A stretch of DNA of 54,677 nucleotides from a bacterium (GTDB lineage: Bacteria; Patescibacteriota; Minisyncoccia; UBA6257; GWB1-50-10), in contig JAKALR010000003.1 of assembly GCA_021824045.1 (NCBI GenBank), positions 1 to 54,677 on the forward strand, in the 5' to 3' direction. Position numbers and translations under genes: made by a program. Every line of letters starts with the position of its first letter. The first letter of the stretch is position 1. Shown piece after piece: positions 17,451-27,943 of the stretch. Under the pieces are notes generated by a model. It was not told the DNA's origin and did no database searches. It saw nothing but the letters and a program-made list of their open reading frames with translations.

Positions 17451-18880
17451 AGTTTGCCGAGCGCGAAAAGCCTGTTTTCCTCGAAGCGGTTCCCGATCAG
17501 TTGGAAGCCGACCGGCAACTCTCCCCCGCCGAGGCTGTACTGCTTGATCGGAACGGCAAGCGCCGGAATCCCCGCGAGGTTTGTCTGGGTCGTAAAAATA
17601 TCCGAGAGGTACATGGCCATCGGGTCGGAGATTTTTTCTCCGAACCTGAAGGCCGGCGCCGGCGCGACGGGCGCCATAATGGCATCAACATTCTTGAACG
17701 CTTCATCGAAATCGTTCTTGATCAAGCGCCTCACCTTCTGCGCTTTGGCATAATAGGCATCGTAGTAACCGGCCGAAAGGACGAAGGTTCCGAGGAGGAT
17801 CCGCCGCCGCGGCTCCGGACCGAAACCGGTCCCCCGCGTCGCGAGGTATAAATCGGACAAGCTTTTTGCTTCGTTTCTCATGCCGGCGACGCCTTGGTAG
17901 CGGACGCCGTCGAAGCGCGCCAAATTCGAACTCACTTCCGCGGGCATAATGATGTAATAGCACGAGAGCGCGTACTTGGCGTGAGGCAACTCGATTTCCC
18001 TGAACTCGATGCCGAGTTTTTTGAATTTTTGGACCGCGAACTCGAGTCCTTCCTCGACTTCCCTGCTGAGGCCGGAAACGAAAAATTCTTTCGGGAGACC
18101 GATCTTCAGCCCCCTTGCGTCATCCAAATGTTCTCCCGCTCCATAGACGTGGTTGACGGTCGTCGAATCCAACGCGTCCTTTCCCGCAAAGTGCCGAAAA
18201 AGTATTTCCGCGTCTTCCACGGTTTTGGCCATCGGTCCGATCTGATCGAGGCTGGAGGCCATGGCAATGAGGCCGGAACGCGATACCGCGCCGTAAGTCG
18301 GGCGGAGGCCCACAATGCCGCAGAAAGAAGCGGGAAGGCATATGGAGCCGCTGGTATCGCTTCCGAGGGCCGCCATGGCGAGTCCTGCCGCGACGGCGGC
18401 AGCAGAGCCCCCCGAAGATCCTCCGGGAACCCTCGAAAGATCATAGGGATTTTTTGTTTTCTTGAACGCCGAGTATTCCGTCGAAGATCCCATGGCGAAT
18501 TCGTCCATATTCGCCTTCCCCAAGAGAACAGCGTTAGCGTCCTTCAGTTTCCTGACGACCGTGGCATCGTACGAAGCGACGTAATTTTCAAGCATTTTCG
18601 AAGCGGCCGTGGTCTTCATGCCCTTGACGAGCATGTTGTCCTTCAAGGCCATCGGGACACCGGCGATCTCCGAAATTCCGTCGCCGGAGGCGATTTTCTC
18701 GTCAACGACCGAAGCGGCCGCGAGCGCCTCCTCGCCGAAAATCGAAAGGTATGCTCCAATCTCCCCATCCTTCGCGTCGATGGCTTTCAAAAACTCTCCT
18801 GTCGCCTCTTTGGCGGAAAATTTCTTTTCCGTAAGGCCGCTATGGAATTCTTTTATGGTTAACTCGTTCACGTTCATCAT
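17435..18880 (-). CDS. gatA: Asp/Glu-tRNA amidotransferase subunit A
   Basis: GKANMDEFAMGSSTE, PGGSSGGSAAAVA, SSNLARFDGVRY, GYYDAYY. Confidence 0.96.
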   Translation of the reverse strand: MMNVNELTIKEFHSGLTEKKFSAKEATGEFLKAIDAKDGEIGAYLSIFGEEALAAASVVDEKIASGDGISEIAGVPMALKDNMLVKGMKTTAASKMLENYVASYDATVVRKLKDANAVLLGKANMDEFAMGSSTEYSAFKKTKNPYDLSRVPGGSSGGSAAAVAAGLAMAALGSDTSGSICLPASFCGIVGLRPTYGAVSRSGLIAMASSLDQIGPMAKTVEDAEILFRHFAGKDALDSTTVNHVYGAGEHLDDARGLKIGLPKEFFVSGLSREVEEGLEFAVQKFKKLGIEFREIELPHAKYALSCYYIIMPAEVSSNLARFDGVRYQGVAGMRNEAKSLSDLYLATRGTGFGPEPRRRILLGTFVLSAGYYDAYYAKAQKVRRLIKNDFDEAFKNVDAIMAPVAPAPAFRFGEKISDPMAMYLSDIFTTQTNLAGIPALAVPIKQYSLGGGELPVGFQLIGNRFEENRLFALGKLYEKN

Positions 18881-18881
18881 A

Positions 18882-19178
18882 TCAATCCGCGCTCGCGTCG
18901 AAGACTGCCGGAACCTTGAGGTATCCGTCCTTCGTCTCCGGAAATTCTTTTTTCGCCGCTTCGCCGTCCAAAGCGCCCGTCGTTTCGTCGTTCCTCCAAA
19001 CATTCAGCGACGAAGTGCCGCCGTTCATGGGTTCCACGTCGTCCGTCGGCAGCTCTTTCAGTTCCTCAAAATGGGCCAAAACGCCTCCCAAATCGTGGAG
19101 AAGTTTTTCTTCTTCCCCTTCTTCGATTTTCATTCTCGAGAGATCCGCCAATTTTTCCAAATCCTTCTTCGTCAGCAT
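18882..19178 (-). CDS. gatC: Asp/Glu-tRNA amidotransferase subunit C
   Basis: LADLSRM...L.ELPT..VEP...R.D...GYLKVPAV; directly upstream of gatA. Confidence 0.92.
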   Translation of the reverse strand: MLTKKDLEKLADLSRMKIEEGEEEKLLHDLGGVLAHFEELKELPTDDVEPMNGGTSSLNVWRNDETTGALDGEAAKKEFPETKDGYLKVPAVFDASAD

Positions 19179-19263
19179 AGAAAAATTATAGAGTAACTGG
19201 CAATGAGGAACAAGTATGGTAGATATATCTATTTATATCCGTGAGTATCCGTCAGTATCCGTT

Positions 19264-21390
19264 CTACCCGACCAACTTTTTGAATTCTTCTTCGTTCAGT
19301 ATTCTCATCCCCAACTTCTTTGCTTTCTCAAGCTTCGACCCAGGATTCTCGCCCGCGACGACATATGCGGTCTTGGAAGAGACACTTTCCGAAACGTCTC
19401 CTCCCAACTCCCGTATCTTATCTTTTGCCTCGTCGCGCGACATCGAAGACAGCGTGCCCGTCAGGACGAAGACTTCACCCTGCAGCTTGCGGCTTGCGGT
19501 ATGCAGCTTGGACAGCTCAATTTGGACGCCTGCCTTTTCCAGTTTTTCCAGAAGCTTCAGATTTTTCCCGCCGCGGAACCAATCATAGATGCTCTTCGCG
19601 ACGATCGGCCCGATATCCTGGATGTTTTGCAAATCTTCCACAGATAATTTCTGAAATCTCTTCAGGACGTCTGTTGGTTTTAAAATTGAAAATTGAAAAT
19701 TGAAAATTGCGCCCCCCAGGGCGATAGCCGTCTCTTCGCCGACATGGAGTATCCCCAGGGCATACAGGAATCTCGGCAGGGTTATTTTCTTTTTTTCATC
19801 CACCTCGCGCACGATGTTTTCGGCTGATTTCTCGCCGAATCGGGGAAGAGCTTCGATGTCCCCTTCCTTGAGACTGAAGATGTCGGCGGCATCGGCGATT
19901 AAACCTTCATCCAGGAATTTGTCCAGTATTTTCGGCCCCAATCCTCTGATGTCGAACGCGGCGCGGGAAACGAAATGGTACAGTGATTCCTTGTGCTTGG
20001 CTCCGCAATCCGGATTTGTGCATTTCGAAAGCGCACCGATCTTCACGACACGGCCGCCGTCGACCGGGCAGAAGGCGGGCATTTTGAACGGCTTCTCCCT
20101 GCCGGTCCGCAATTTCTTCAGGACTTCGACCACCTGGGGAATAACGTCCCCCGCGCGGGAAACGATAACCGTATCTCCCACCCGGAGATCGAGCCGATTC
20201 ACTTCATCGTCGTTGTGGAGCGTGGCGTGCGTGATTGTGACGCCGCCGACTTGGACCGGCTCCATGACGGCGACGGGAGTCAAAACGCCCGTCCGGCCGA
20301 CCTGGACCACGATATCCAAAACCTTCGTCGTTGCTTCCTTCGGGGAGAATTTATAGGCCATGGCTCCCCGCGGCGCTTTCCCCGCGACGCCGGCGCGGTC
20401 GAAAATCTCGTTGCTGTTCACCAAGACCACCGTTCCGTCGATCTCGTACGGAATTTCGTTCCTCTTTCTGACCCACGAATCCCTGAATCGGAAGGCCTCC
20501 TCCAGAGAATCCGCTCCCCGGTTATGGGGATTGGTCTTGAAACCGAACGCTTTGAGGAGCAGGTGCTCCTCTTCGTGAAATCGCTGGCCGAGGTCGGTGA
20601 AGAGCGCGTATTGGAACGAGTCGAGCTTCCGCGACGCCGTTATTTTCGGATCGAGCTGGCGGATGGACCCCGCCGCGATGTTCCGGGGATTGGCATACGC
20701 CCGTTCGCCCTTCTCAACTTGCTCCTTGCTTATCCTCTCGAATTCTTTCCGCGTGATGAATGCTTCGCCGCGAACGACTAAGCGCTTAGGGTTCAGGGTG
20801 TAGAGGGCGGGGTCGACACCAAGCTTCCGCAAGTTTTCAGCAACCTCGTTGGGCGGAAGGAGGTTCAGGGGAATGGCCTCGATCGTTTTCAGATTCTGCG
20901 TGACATCTTCGCCCACGAGACCGTTCCCCCGCGTCGATCCTTGGACCAAGACGCCTTGCTCATAGGTGAGTTCGATGGCCAGGCCGTCGATTTTGAGTTC
21001 ACAATAGAGGAGCGGCGGATGAGATTTGCCGTAGGGTTTTTCTCCAAGCGATCGATGAATGGTTTTCAAATCGCCTCCCAGAAAATTTTCCAGTCGCGAA
21101 AGCCACGCGCGCATATCTTCCTCCGAGAAAGAATCGTCGAATGATATCATCGGCCGCTCGTGGGGAACTTTCTTGAACGCCTTGAGAGGCTTCCCTTCCA
21201 CCCGCTGCGTCGGCGAATCGGACGTGACGAACTCGGGGAATCGGTGTTCGAGATCGAACAATTCCTTCTTGAGGGAATCGAGCGCTTCCGGGGATATCAA
21301 TTCCTTGTCCAAGACGTGGTACGCGTACCGGTACCGGTTAATCTCCTTCCTGAGCTTTTCGATTCTCTTTTTTGCCTCATCTCTCGTCAT
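19264..21390 (-). CDS. ligA: NAD-dependent DNA ligase
   Basis: ELKIDG, RGNGLVGEDVT, QVGRTG, RAGDVIP, Zn finger, C-terminal BRCT. Confidence 0.97.
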   Translation of the reverse strand: MTRDEAKKRIEKLRKEINRYRYAYHVLDKELISPEALDSLKKELFDLEHRFPEFVTSDSPTQRVEGKPLKAFKKVPHERPMISFDDSFSEEDMRAWLSRLENFLGGDLKTIHRSLGEKPYGKSHPPLLYCELKIDGLAIELTYEQGVLVQGSTRGNGLVGEDVTQNLKTIEAIPLNLLPPNEVAENLRKLGVDPALYTLNPKRLVVRGEAFITRKEFERISKEQVEKGERAYANPRNIAAGSIRQLDPKITASRKLDSFQYALFTDLGQRFHEEEHLLLKAFGFKTNPHNRGADSLEEAFRFRDSWVRKRNEIPYEIDGTVVLVNSNEIFDRAGVAGKAPRGAMAYKFSPKEATTKVLDIVVQVGRTGVLTPVAVMEPVQVGGVTITHATLHNDDEVNRLDLRVGDTVIVSRAGDVIPQVVEVLKKLRTGREKPFKMPAFCPVDGGRVVKIGALSKCTNPDCGAKHKESLYHFVSRAAFDIRGLGPKILDKFLDEGLIADAADIFSLKEGDIEALPRFGEKSAENIVREVDEKKKITLPRFLYALGILHVGEETAIALGGAIFNFQFSILKPTDVLKRFQKLSVEDLQNIQDIGPIVAKSIYDWFRGGKNLKLLEKLEKAGVQIELSKLHTASRKLQGEVFVLTGTLSSMSRDEAKDKIRELGGDVSESVSSKTAYVVAGENPGSKLEKAKKLGMRILNEEEFKKLVG

Positions 21391-21400
21391 ATGAAATTTC

Positions 21401-21802
21401 TTACCTCAGGGAAAAATTCGATTCCAAAACCCGTTCCGATTTGCCGGCATACCCGAAACTCTCCGCCTGAAAACTCACCGGAACGCCTCCGCTGCAGGTG
21501 AAATTCAGGGACGACGAAGCGGTGGCGCCGTTCGCGAGATTGGTCGTCGTGGCGCACAGAGAAAACATCGTGCTGCACAAGGTTGCCGGCGTTGTTGTCG
21601 TGAAGTAGCAATAGAGACTGCGCTCGATGCCCGCGTCGGCGGCGAACACGGCCGCACCGGACGAAACGGCATCGGACGATTGCTGCAGCTGGTAATACAT
21701 GAGGAGTCCCGCGATGGCCGTCCCCACGAGGAATAATCCGCCCATCAGGATGGAAACGATGATCATCGCTTGACCTTTTCTTTTTTCGTTAATTGCAGGC
21801 AT
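21401..21802 (-). CDS. PilX-like minor pilin
   Basis: RKGQAMII cleavage-like site, hydrophobic helix, AVFAADAGIE. Confidence 0.65.
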   Translation of the reverse strand: MPAINEKRKGQAMIIVSILMGGLFLVGTAIAGLLMYYQLQQSSDAVSSGAAVFAADAGIERSLYCYFTTTTPATLCSTMFSLCATTTNLANGATASSSLNFTCSGGVPVSFQAESFGYAGKSERVLESNFSLR

Positions 21803-22451
21803 ATTTTCCCGTTTTTAAATTGACCGGCATGTCTTTCGGCAATACCCGCGAGGAGACCGTCGTTTGAAGGTTGAACGGCTGGATCGTCTGGCTGGTTTGG
21901 TTCGGGGAAGCTTCAGCGAAAATGGTCACCCGCCACGGATTGCAGGGAATACCAGCCGCGTCAGCGCCGTACATAGCCGAATCCCCCAAATTCGCCTGGG
22001 AAACGATGAAGCAGAGATTGGAAACGTTGACGTCCGACGACGTGATGGTCGTCGTCGCCCCGCCCTCGCTCCTCGCTATCCGCCCCGACGAAGACAGGGC
22101 GTAGGTGGTCGTCCCGCTGGGACCGATAAAGGTGACTGACGAATACCCCGCCGGATTCCCCGAAACCGTGTCGGTCGCGCAATCCTTGGCCGCCGAAGAG
22201 AGGGAGGAGTCGTTGAATAAATACCCTCCCCTGATTTCCCTCGCCATCTGTTCCAACGCAATATTCAAATTGCCCTGCATGCCCATCACGGTTATGAGAT
22301 GGTTCTCGTTCTGAATGGATTTGATGAATACGCCGCTCGCGATGGCAACGATGACGACAAAGATCGACATGGAGACCAAAAGCTCCACTAAGGTAAACCC
22401 CTCTTTAAAAATTAAAAATTTAAAATTAAAAATTTTCATCATTGTCTCCAA
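21789..22451 (-). CDS. Prepilin-type N-terminal methylation protein (PilW/PulJ-like)
   Basis: GFTLVELLVSM...LEQMAREIR. Confidence 0.8.
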   Translation of the reverse strand: METMMKIFNFKFLIFKEGFTLVELLVSMSIFVVIVAIASGVFIKSIQNENHLITVMGMQGNLNIALEQMAREIRGGYLFNDSSLSSAAKDCATDTVSGNPAGYSSVTFIGPSGTTTYALSSSGRIARSEGGATTTITSSDVNVSNLCFIVSQANLGDSAMYGADAAGIPCNPWRVTIFAEASPNQTSQTIQPFNLQTTVSSRVLPKDMPVNLKTGKYACN

Positions 22452-22948
22452 TTATAAAATTGATCGTCCAGAGAAATCGTCTTGTTTTGACCCGCCTCCG
22501 ACCAAGAAACGGTTGAGGTCACGTCGATTTCATCGGTTCCCACGACGCCGACCGAAAGAATTCTCGAAAAGAGTGTTGTTTCCGTCGCGCCGCTCGATGA
22601 AAAAATCGGATTATCGCCCGTGAAGATTCCCGTCGACGTACTGAAATAGACGGCGCTGCCCCCTCCCTGACTCAAGTTATCGAACGATACCCCGTAATCG
22701 CCGGTGGTTATATTGGAATTCCAGGGGATATTCTGAGCAACATTCTCGTCGATTTGGTTCTTGACGACCTCGACACCCTCGGCCGCGAGATACGTGGCTT
22801 GCAGGTTATGCACCGCTTCTTTGTCTCTGGCGGTCGAATTGTACATGAGTTGGAAAAGCCCCAAGAGCCCCACGACGACGAGACTCGCCGCCACCAGGGA
22901 TTCTATCATCAAGCTGCCTTCTTTGTTTTTGAAAATATCCTTTTCCAT
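22439..22948 (-). CDS. PilV-like minor pilin
   Basis: GSLMIESLVA...ATYLAAEGVEVVK, V.STVSW. Confidence 0.7.
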   Translation of the reverse strand: MEKDIFKNKEGSLMIESLVAASLVVVGLLGLFQLMYNSTARDKEAVHNLQATYLAAEGVEVVKNQIDENVAQNIPWNSNITTGDYGVSFDNLSQGGGSAVYFSTSTGIFTGDNPIFSSSGATETTLFSRILSVGVVGTDEIDVTSTVSWSEAGQNKTISLDDQFYNWRQ

Positions 22949-22957
22949 ATTCCGTGA

Positions 22958-23494
22958 TTACGGCGTCGAAACGGAGGAGACGCTTCCGCCGGCGTTAACT
23001 TCGATCCCCGCGGTGACCCCGCTTTTCGTATCCTGAATCACCACCGTCCCGGTGGCATTCGCCGTGAAATACGGCGGAACAAAATAAATATCCTGCGATG
23101 TCGGCGGGATGAACGCGAGCTGGCCGTTTAATTGCAGGGTTTGGATTTGGTAATTATACGGGCTCCCTCCCCACGTGTAATCGGCCATACCGGCGCAACT
23201 ATCGGAACTCGTGCCCACGGCGTAAATGAAATACTCCCCGGTCGACGTGCTGAAATTCACGCCGAAGGCGCAGGTGGTCGTTCCGCCGTATGCGCCGCTC
23301 GTGTATTTATCCAAAGCCAGGGATTTCGCGCGTTCCAGGACTCCCGCGACCTCGGCCCGCCCGGTGTAGAGGACTAAATTGCCGGTCGAGGAATTGCTGT
23401 AAATGATGAACATGGTCGAGAGAATCGCCGTGATGGCGATGACAACAAGCGTCTCGATCAACGTGAAAGCACTCTGATCTTTTGCGTCTTTCAT
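22958..23494 (-). CDS. FimT/FimU-like minor pilin
   Basis: AFTLIETLVVIAI...L.RAKSLA. Confidence 0.75.
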   Translation of the reverse strand: MKDAKDQSAFTLIETLVVIAITAILSTMFIIYSNSSTGNLVLYTGRAEVAGVLERAKSLALDKYTSGAYGGTTTCAFGVNFSTSTGEYFIYAVGTSSDSCAGMADYTWGGSPYNYQIQTLQLNGQLAFIPPTSQDIYFVPPYFTANATGTVVIQDTKSGVTAGIEVNAGGSVSSVSTP

Positions 23495-23546
23495 TTCATT
23501 AATGATAACACAAGAGACTTCCCGAGCGCCTTCAGTGCTCGGGAAG

Positions 23547-24443
23547 TCACATTCCGAACATCTTGAAGTAGCCGTAGATGAGCGCGTTCCCAAAAAGAGC
23601 CGTCGCGAGAACCCCGATGACGAAGAACGGAGCGTAGGGTATTTTATCCTTCATGCCTTTCCGCTGAACGAGCAAGAGGATGCTTCCGAAAAGACCACCG
23701 AGGACAAACGACAGGAATATGGCGAGACCGATATCCGGCCAGCCAAGGGCGATGCCGGACGCGAATGCCAGTTTCACGTCGCCGAACCCGATTCCCTTTC
23801 CCCGGCTAATCAAAACCAAAAGCTCGAAGAATATCCCGCCGGCAAAAGCCCCGATAAAATGGTTCACGAGAACATTTTGGGTCGGCGAGAAAACCATCAT
23901 GTAGTTCTCCAAAAAGGACGTCCGGAAAGGCAGGATGCCGTTGCCGTGGAAAAAGAGCAGGAGCGAAACAATCACGCCGAAAACGATGAGAACGATGTTC
24001 AGTTCGTCGGGGACGACGTAGTACCGGAAATCGATGAGCGCAATAACGAGGAAGGTGAGCGCGATCATGAGCCAGGAGACCACGAGGGCGTAATACCACA
24101 GAGGCATCGCGAATCCCCAGAAAACGATTCCGGAAACGCCATAGAATGCATTGAGGAAGAGCGGAACGCCGGCGAAAAGAATCGCCGTTACGATCTCGGT
24201 AAAGGGATAAAACCACGAGATTTTTTGGCCGCAATGGGAGCACTTTCCCCGTAAAAAGAGGAAACTCAGAACCGGGATTAATTCCCCGGCACTGAGCTCG
24301 TGCAGGCACTTCGGACAATGCGATCGTCCGTTCAGGTTTTTAAAACGAAAGAGCTTGCCGTCGGGTGAGTATCTCAATATCAAAACATTGAAGAAACTGC
24401 CGAACGACAAGCCCAAGATGAAGAGGAGAAGAGAGGGCAACAT
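23547..24443 (-). CDS. pilD: Prepilin peptidase (A24)
   Basis: GSFFNV, RSHCPKC...GKCSHC, GFGDVKL, IPYAPF. Confidence 0.92.
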   Translation of the reverse strand: MLPSLLLFILGLSFGSFFNVLILRYSPDGKLFRFKNLNGRSHCPKCLHELSAGELIPVLSFLFLRGKCSHCGQKISWFYPFTEIVTAILFAGVPLFLNAFYGVSGIVFWGFAMPLWYYALVVSWLMIALTFLVIALIDFRYYVVPDELNIVLIVFGVIVSLLLFFHGNGILPFRTSFLENYMMVFSPTQNVLVNHFIGAFAGGIFFELLVLISRGKGIGFGDVKLAFASGIALGWPDIGLAIFLSFVLGGLFGSILLLVQRKGMKDKIPYAPFFVIGVLATALFGNALIYGYFKMFGM

Positions 24444-24925
24444 TATTGGCAAACCGCCGTGGGAGCGGATTTGATCTGGTTATAATCCGGCTCCGTGATG
24501 AGGAAATCGGCATGGCCCGAGCTGTCCACGCAGTAATATTGCGTCACCTGAGTCTGCGTCGTGGGGTCGGTGACCGTCGTATTGAGCTGCGAAAAGGCCA
24601 GGTAGGTCCTCTCGTCGGACGATTTAATGATGTTCAAAGCGCCGCCCTCGCTCGTGATATCGGTTGCCAACTGACTCAGGTTCGGATCGGCGATGGTCTG
24701 CGCGGGCAATTCCTGAAGTCCGGCATACGTCCCGTTGTACATCGTCTCCGCCAACGACCGCACCTGATTCACTTCCTGCATGATGCGCGCGTCCTTCGCC
24801 TTGTTCTTCGCGGGGCCGAGCGCGGTCAAGATGACCGAGGACAAAAGCCCGATGATCGCGACGACCACAAGCATTTCAATCAGCGTGAAACCGCCCTTTG
24901 AATTTTTCATTCCTCGGAATTGCAT
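24443..24925 (-). CDS. Type IV pilin
   Basis: GFTLIEMLVVVAIIGLLSS..L..A.NKAKDAR, YCVDSSG. Confidence 0.88.
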   Translation of the reverse strand: MQFRGMKNSKGGFTLIEMLVVVAIIGLLSSVILTALGPAKNKAKDARIMQEVNQVRSLAETMYNGTYAGLQELPAQTIADPNLSQLATDITSEGGALNIIKSSDERTYLAFSQLNTTVTDPTTQTQVTQYYCVDSSGHADFLITEPDYNQIKSAPTAVCQ

Positions 24926-24937
24926 TGGTATTTCGAA

Positions 24938-25402
24938 TTACTGACAGCTGTTCCCTGCCGGCTTGGCGCTCATGCTCGCGTTCGTATTGCCGATCGAGTC
25001 GACGCAGTAGAAAACGTTCGTGGTGACCAATTTCGCGTATACCGCGACGGAAGTCGCCGTCGTACCGCTCGTCGGCATGGTTCCGTAATCCGTATCCAAG
25101 CCATTCTGATTGCCTATCTGATTGCTTATGTCTGTGAACGTCGACGAAGCCGCCGATCGCAAACTTCCAACGTCATATGCTCCGGTCACCGGATTATAGT
25201 AGGTTTCCGCCAAAGCTCGTATCTGATTCACGTCGGAGATGATTCTCGTGTCCTTCGCCTTGTTCCGCGACGGTCCCAGGGCGACCAAAACGACCGCCGA
25301 AAGGAGGCCAATCATGGCGATCACGACGAGCATTTCGATCAGCGTGAAGCCCTCTTTTTTGTTCATTTTCATTGTATTTATTTGCATAATTTTTTCGACC
25401 AT
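24938..25402 (-). CDS. Type IV pilin (paralog of the downstream pilin; start probably 25387-25366)
   Basis: GFTLIEMLVVIAMIGLLS, NKAKDTR, YCVDSIG. Confidence 0.88.
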   Translation of the reverse strand: MVEKIMQINTMKMNKKEGFTLIEMLVVIAMIGLLSAVVLVALGPSRNKAKDTRIISDVNQIRALAETYYNPVTGAYDVGSLRSAASSTFTDISNQIGNQNGLDTDYGTMPTSGTTATSVAVYAKLVTTNVFYCVDSIGNTNASMSAKPAGNSCQ

Positions 25403-25437
25403 TTTTTTATTTATTATATTATATCACACTGGATGGC

Positions 25438-25573
25438 AAAAAATCCTAAATTCCAAATCTTAAATCCTAAATAAATCCCAATGCTCCAAATTCAAGGTTC
25501 AAAACACGTTTTGGTCATTATGATTTCGAATTTTGGTATTATTTAGGATTTGGTGCTTAGGGTTTAGGGCTTC
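25438..25573. repeat. Degenerate heptamer inverted-repeat array (AAATCCT/AAATTCC ... TTTAGGA/TTTAGGG)
   Basis: 7-bp periodic repeats in opposite orientations between pilC and the pilin gene. Confidence 0.7.
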
Positions 25574-25575
25574 TG

Positions 25576-26781
25576 TCAGAATGCCTGCGACATATTGTAG
25601 ATCGGGAGCAGGATTGAGGCGAAAAGGAACGCGATAATAACGCCGATCACGACCATGAGGATCGGCTGAATCAGCGAAACCAAGTTCTCAACCGTATTTT
25701 CCACTTCCCGGGAGTAGAAATCGTTGACCTTCCCCAGGAGTTCTTCCAGGCGGCCGGTCGATTCCCCGACGGCAACGAGCTGCGACACGAGCGGGGGGAA
25801 TTCCGGCATGGATCCCAGAGCCTGGGACAGGAGTTTTCCTTTCCGTATTTGTTCCGCCGCACTGTGGAGCAGTTCTTCATAGATTGAATTCCCGATGACG
25901 CGGGAGGAAATTTCCACAGCCTGCGGGATGGTGAGTCCGCCCTTAATCAAGACTCGCGCCGATTCGGCGAACCGCGATATGTAAAGCTTTTGCAGTAACT
26001 TCCCCACGATCGGGGTTTTGAGAGCGATGGTGTCCAGGACAACCTTCCCCTCATTGGTCTGGAAGTAATCAGCCAAAACGAGGACGACGGCGACCAGAAC
26101 GATAACTACTGTCCACCACCACGTCATCATGAAGTTGCTCACCGAGAGGAGAATCTGGGTCGTGATCGGGAGCGCTACGTGGGATTGCTCGAGAATCGGC
26201 GTAATCTGCGGGAAGACCATGGTGACCATGATGATGACAACGACGAAGAAGAGGACGATGATGAATGCCGGATAGGTCAAGGCATTCTTGATCTGCGAAA
26301 CGAGCCCCGACTGTTTTTCCTGGTAATCCGCCAAGAAATCGAGGACTTCGCTGAGGCGGCCGGTCACCTCGGCGGATTTCACCATATTCACGTAGAATTC
26401 CGAGAATATGCCCGGGTGCCTCCCCAGAGCCTGGGAGAGGGAAAATCCGGCGTCGATATCCGAGGCGATTTCATAGACCGCTTCTTTCAAAACGGTATTC
26501 GTCGTTTGCTTGTAGAGACTCACCAAGCTGTCCGAGAGCGGCACTTGGGAAGCGAGGAGTGTCGCGAATTGCCTCGTGAAAATCATGAGGTCCTGGACTT
26601 TGACCCGCTTGAAGATCTCCAAAATCCTGGCCGACCAGGTGTTCTCCACGATCGGTTCCAAACTCAAGACAAAGAGCCCGTGACTCAATAAAATGGCGAG
26701 AGCCGCTTCCTTCGACGCGGCATCAACGTTTCCCACCTGCAATTCTCCTTCTTTAGTTCTCGCTTTGTAATTGAACTTCAT
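25576..26781 (-). CDS. pilC: Type IV pilus inner-membrane platform protein (GspF family)
   Basis: FTRQFATLL, AEVTGRL, ALTYP, VGESTGRL, ILLPIY. Confidence 0.92.
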   Translation of the reverse strand: MKFNYKARTKEGELQVGNVDAASKEAALAILLSHGLFVLSLEPIVENTWSARILEIFKRVKVQDLMIFTRQFATLLASQVPLSDSLVSLYKQTTNTVLKEAVYEIASDIDAGFSLSQALGRHPGIFSEFYVNMVKSAEVTGRLSEVLDFLADYQEKQSGLVSQIKNALTYPAFIIVLFFVVVIIMVTMVFPQITPILEQSHVALPITTQILLSVSNFMMTWWWTVVIVLVAVVLVLADYFQTNEGKVVLDTIALKTPIVGKLLQKLYISRFAESARVLIKGGLTIPQAVEISSRVIGNSIYEELLHSAAEQIRKGKLLSQALGSMPEFPPLVSQLVAVGESTGRLEELLGKVNDFYSREVENTVENLVSLIQPILMVVIGVIIAFLFASILLPIYNMSQAF

Positions 26782-26835
26782 TACCTTAATTATACCCTAT
26801 AAGACTTATCAGTCCTATCGGTCTTATCAGTCCTA

Positions 26836-27912
26836 TTAAGTCCTCTCGAGGAGGATCCGGAGTTCCGCCGGGTTCAAGGAATAAGACTCGGCCTGTTCGA
26901 GTGAAACTTCTTTTTTCTTAATGAGGCTGACGAGCGAGCGATTCAAAGATATCATGCCCTCCTGGACGCTCGTTTCAATCACGAGATCGATCTGGTAGAT
27001 CTTCCGCTCGCGGATCAGGTTCCTGATGGCCGGATTCACAATCATGATTTCCATCGACGGCGTTCTCCCGCCGCCGACCTTCGGGATCAACCGTTCCGAA
27101 ACGATGGCGACCAAAGTTGAGGCGAGCTGCGAAACGATTTGGCCCTGCTGGTTCGGCGGGAAGCTGTCGATGATGCGATCGATGGTCTGCGACGCGGAAT
27201 TCGTGTGGAGTGTCGAGAAGACGAGGTGTCCGGTCTCGGCGGCGGTCATGGCCGTCGCGATCGTCTCGGCGTCGCGCATTTCCCCGATCATGATGACATC
27301 GGGGTCCTGCCGGAGGACCGCCCGGAGCGCGGAGTTGAACGAAATGGTATCGGCGCCGACTTCACGCTGCGAGATGATGCAGCGATCCTGCGAGAAGATG
27401 TATTCGATCGGGTCCTCGATGGTGATGATGTGGTCGTTCCGCTTGTGGTTCACCTCGTCCAAGAGCGCGGCGAGTGTGGTTGATTTCCCGTGGCCGGCGG
27501 GGCCCACGACCAAAATGAAGCCCTGGTTCAGTTTGGTGAAATCGTGGAGCATCGGCGGTAAATTCAATTCTTCGATGGTCTTGATTTGCGCCGGTATCAA
27601 GCGAAGCGCCGCCGCGACGAATCCGCGCTGGAAATACGCGTTTACCCGGAACCGCGCCTTGTCTTCGTAGTTATAGGAAAAATCCAGCTGTTTCCGGTCT
27701 AAAAAAGAGATTTTTTGGTCTTCCGTCAAGAGCGCGAAGACCAATCCTTCGGCATCCTCTTTCGTCAAAATCGGCTCTTCGGCGATCGGGATCAAAACGC
27801 TGTCGACCCTGACTGTCGGCCGCCGACCGACCGCGATATGAAGATCCGAAGCGTTCTGCTTCGCCGTCGTCACGAGCAGACTGTTCAATTTCTGTTTATA
27901 ATCCATTGCCAT
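26836..27912 (-). CDS. pilT: Type IV pilus retraction ATPase
   Basis: ASDLH, RFRVNAY, GPAGHGKSTTLAA, LRQDPDVI.IGEMRD, AETGHLV.STLHT, AIRNLIRE. Confidence 0.93.
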   Translation of the reverse strand: MAMDYKQKLNSLLVTTAKQNASDLHIAVGRRPTVRVDSVLIPIAEEPILTKEDAEGLVFALLTEDQKISFLDRKQLDFSYNYEDKARFRVNAYFQRGFVAAALRLIPAQIKTIEELNLPPMLHDFTKLNQGFILVVGPAGHGKSTTLAALLDEVNHKRNDHIITIEDPIEYIFSQDRCIISQREVGADTISFNSALRAVLRQDPDVIMIGEMRDAETIATAMTAAETGHLVFSTLHTNSASQTIDRIIDSFPPNQQGQIVSQLASTLVAIVSERLIPKVGGGRTPSMEIMIVNPAIRNLIRERKIYQIDLVIETSVQEGMISLNRSLVSLIKKKEVSLEQAESYSLNPAELRILLERT

Positions 27913-27943
27913 TGGTTCATTATACACTATATTCCCCCCGAAC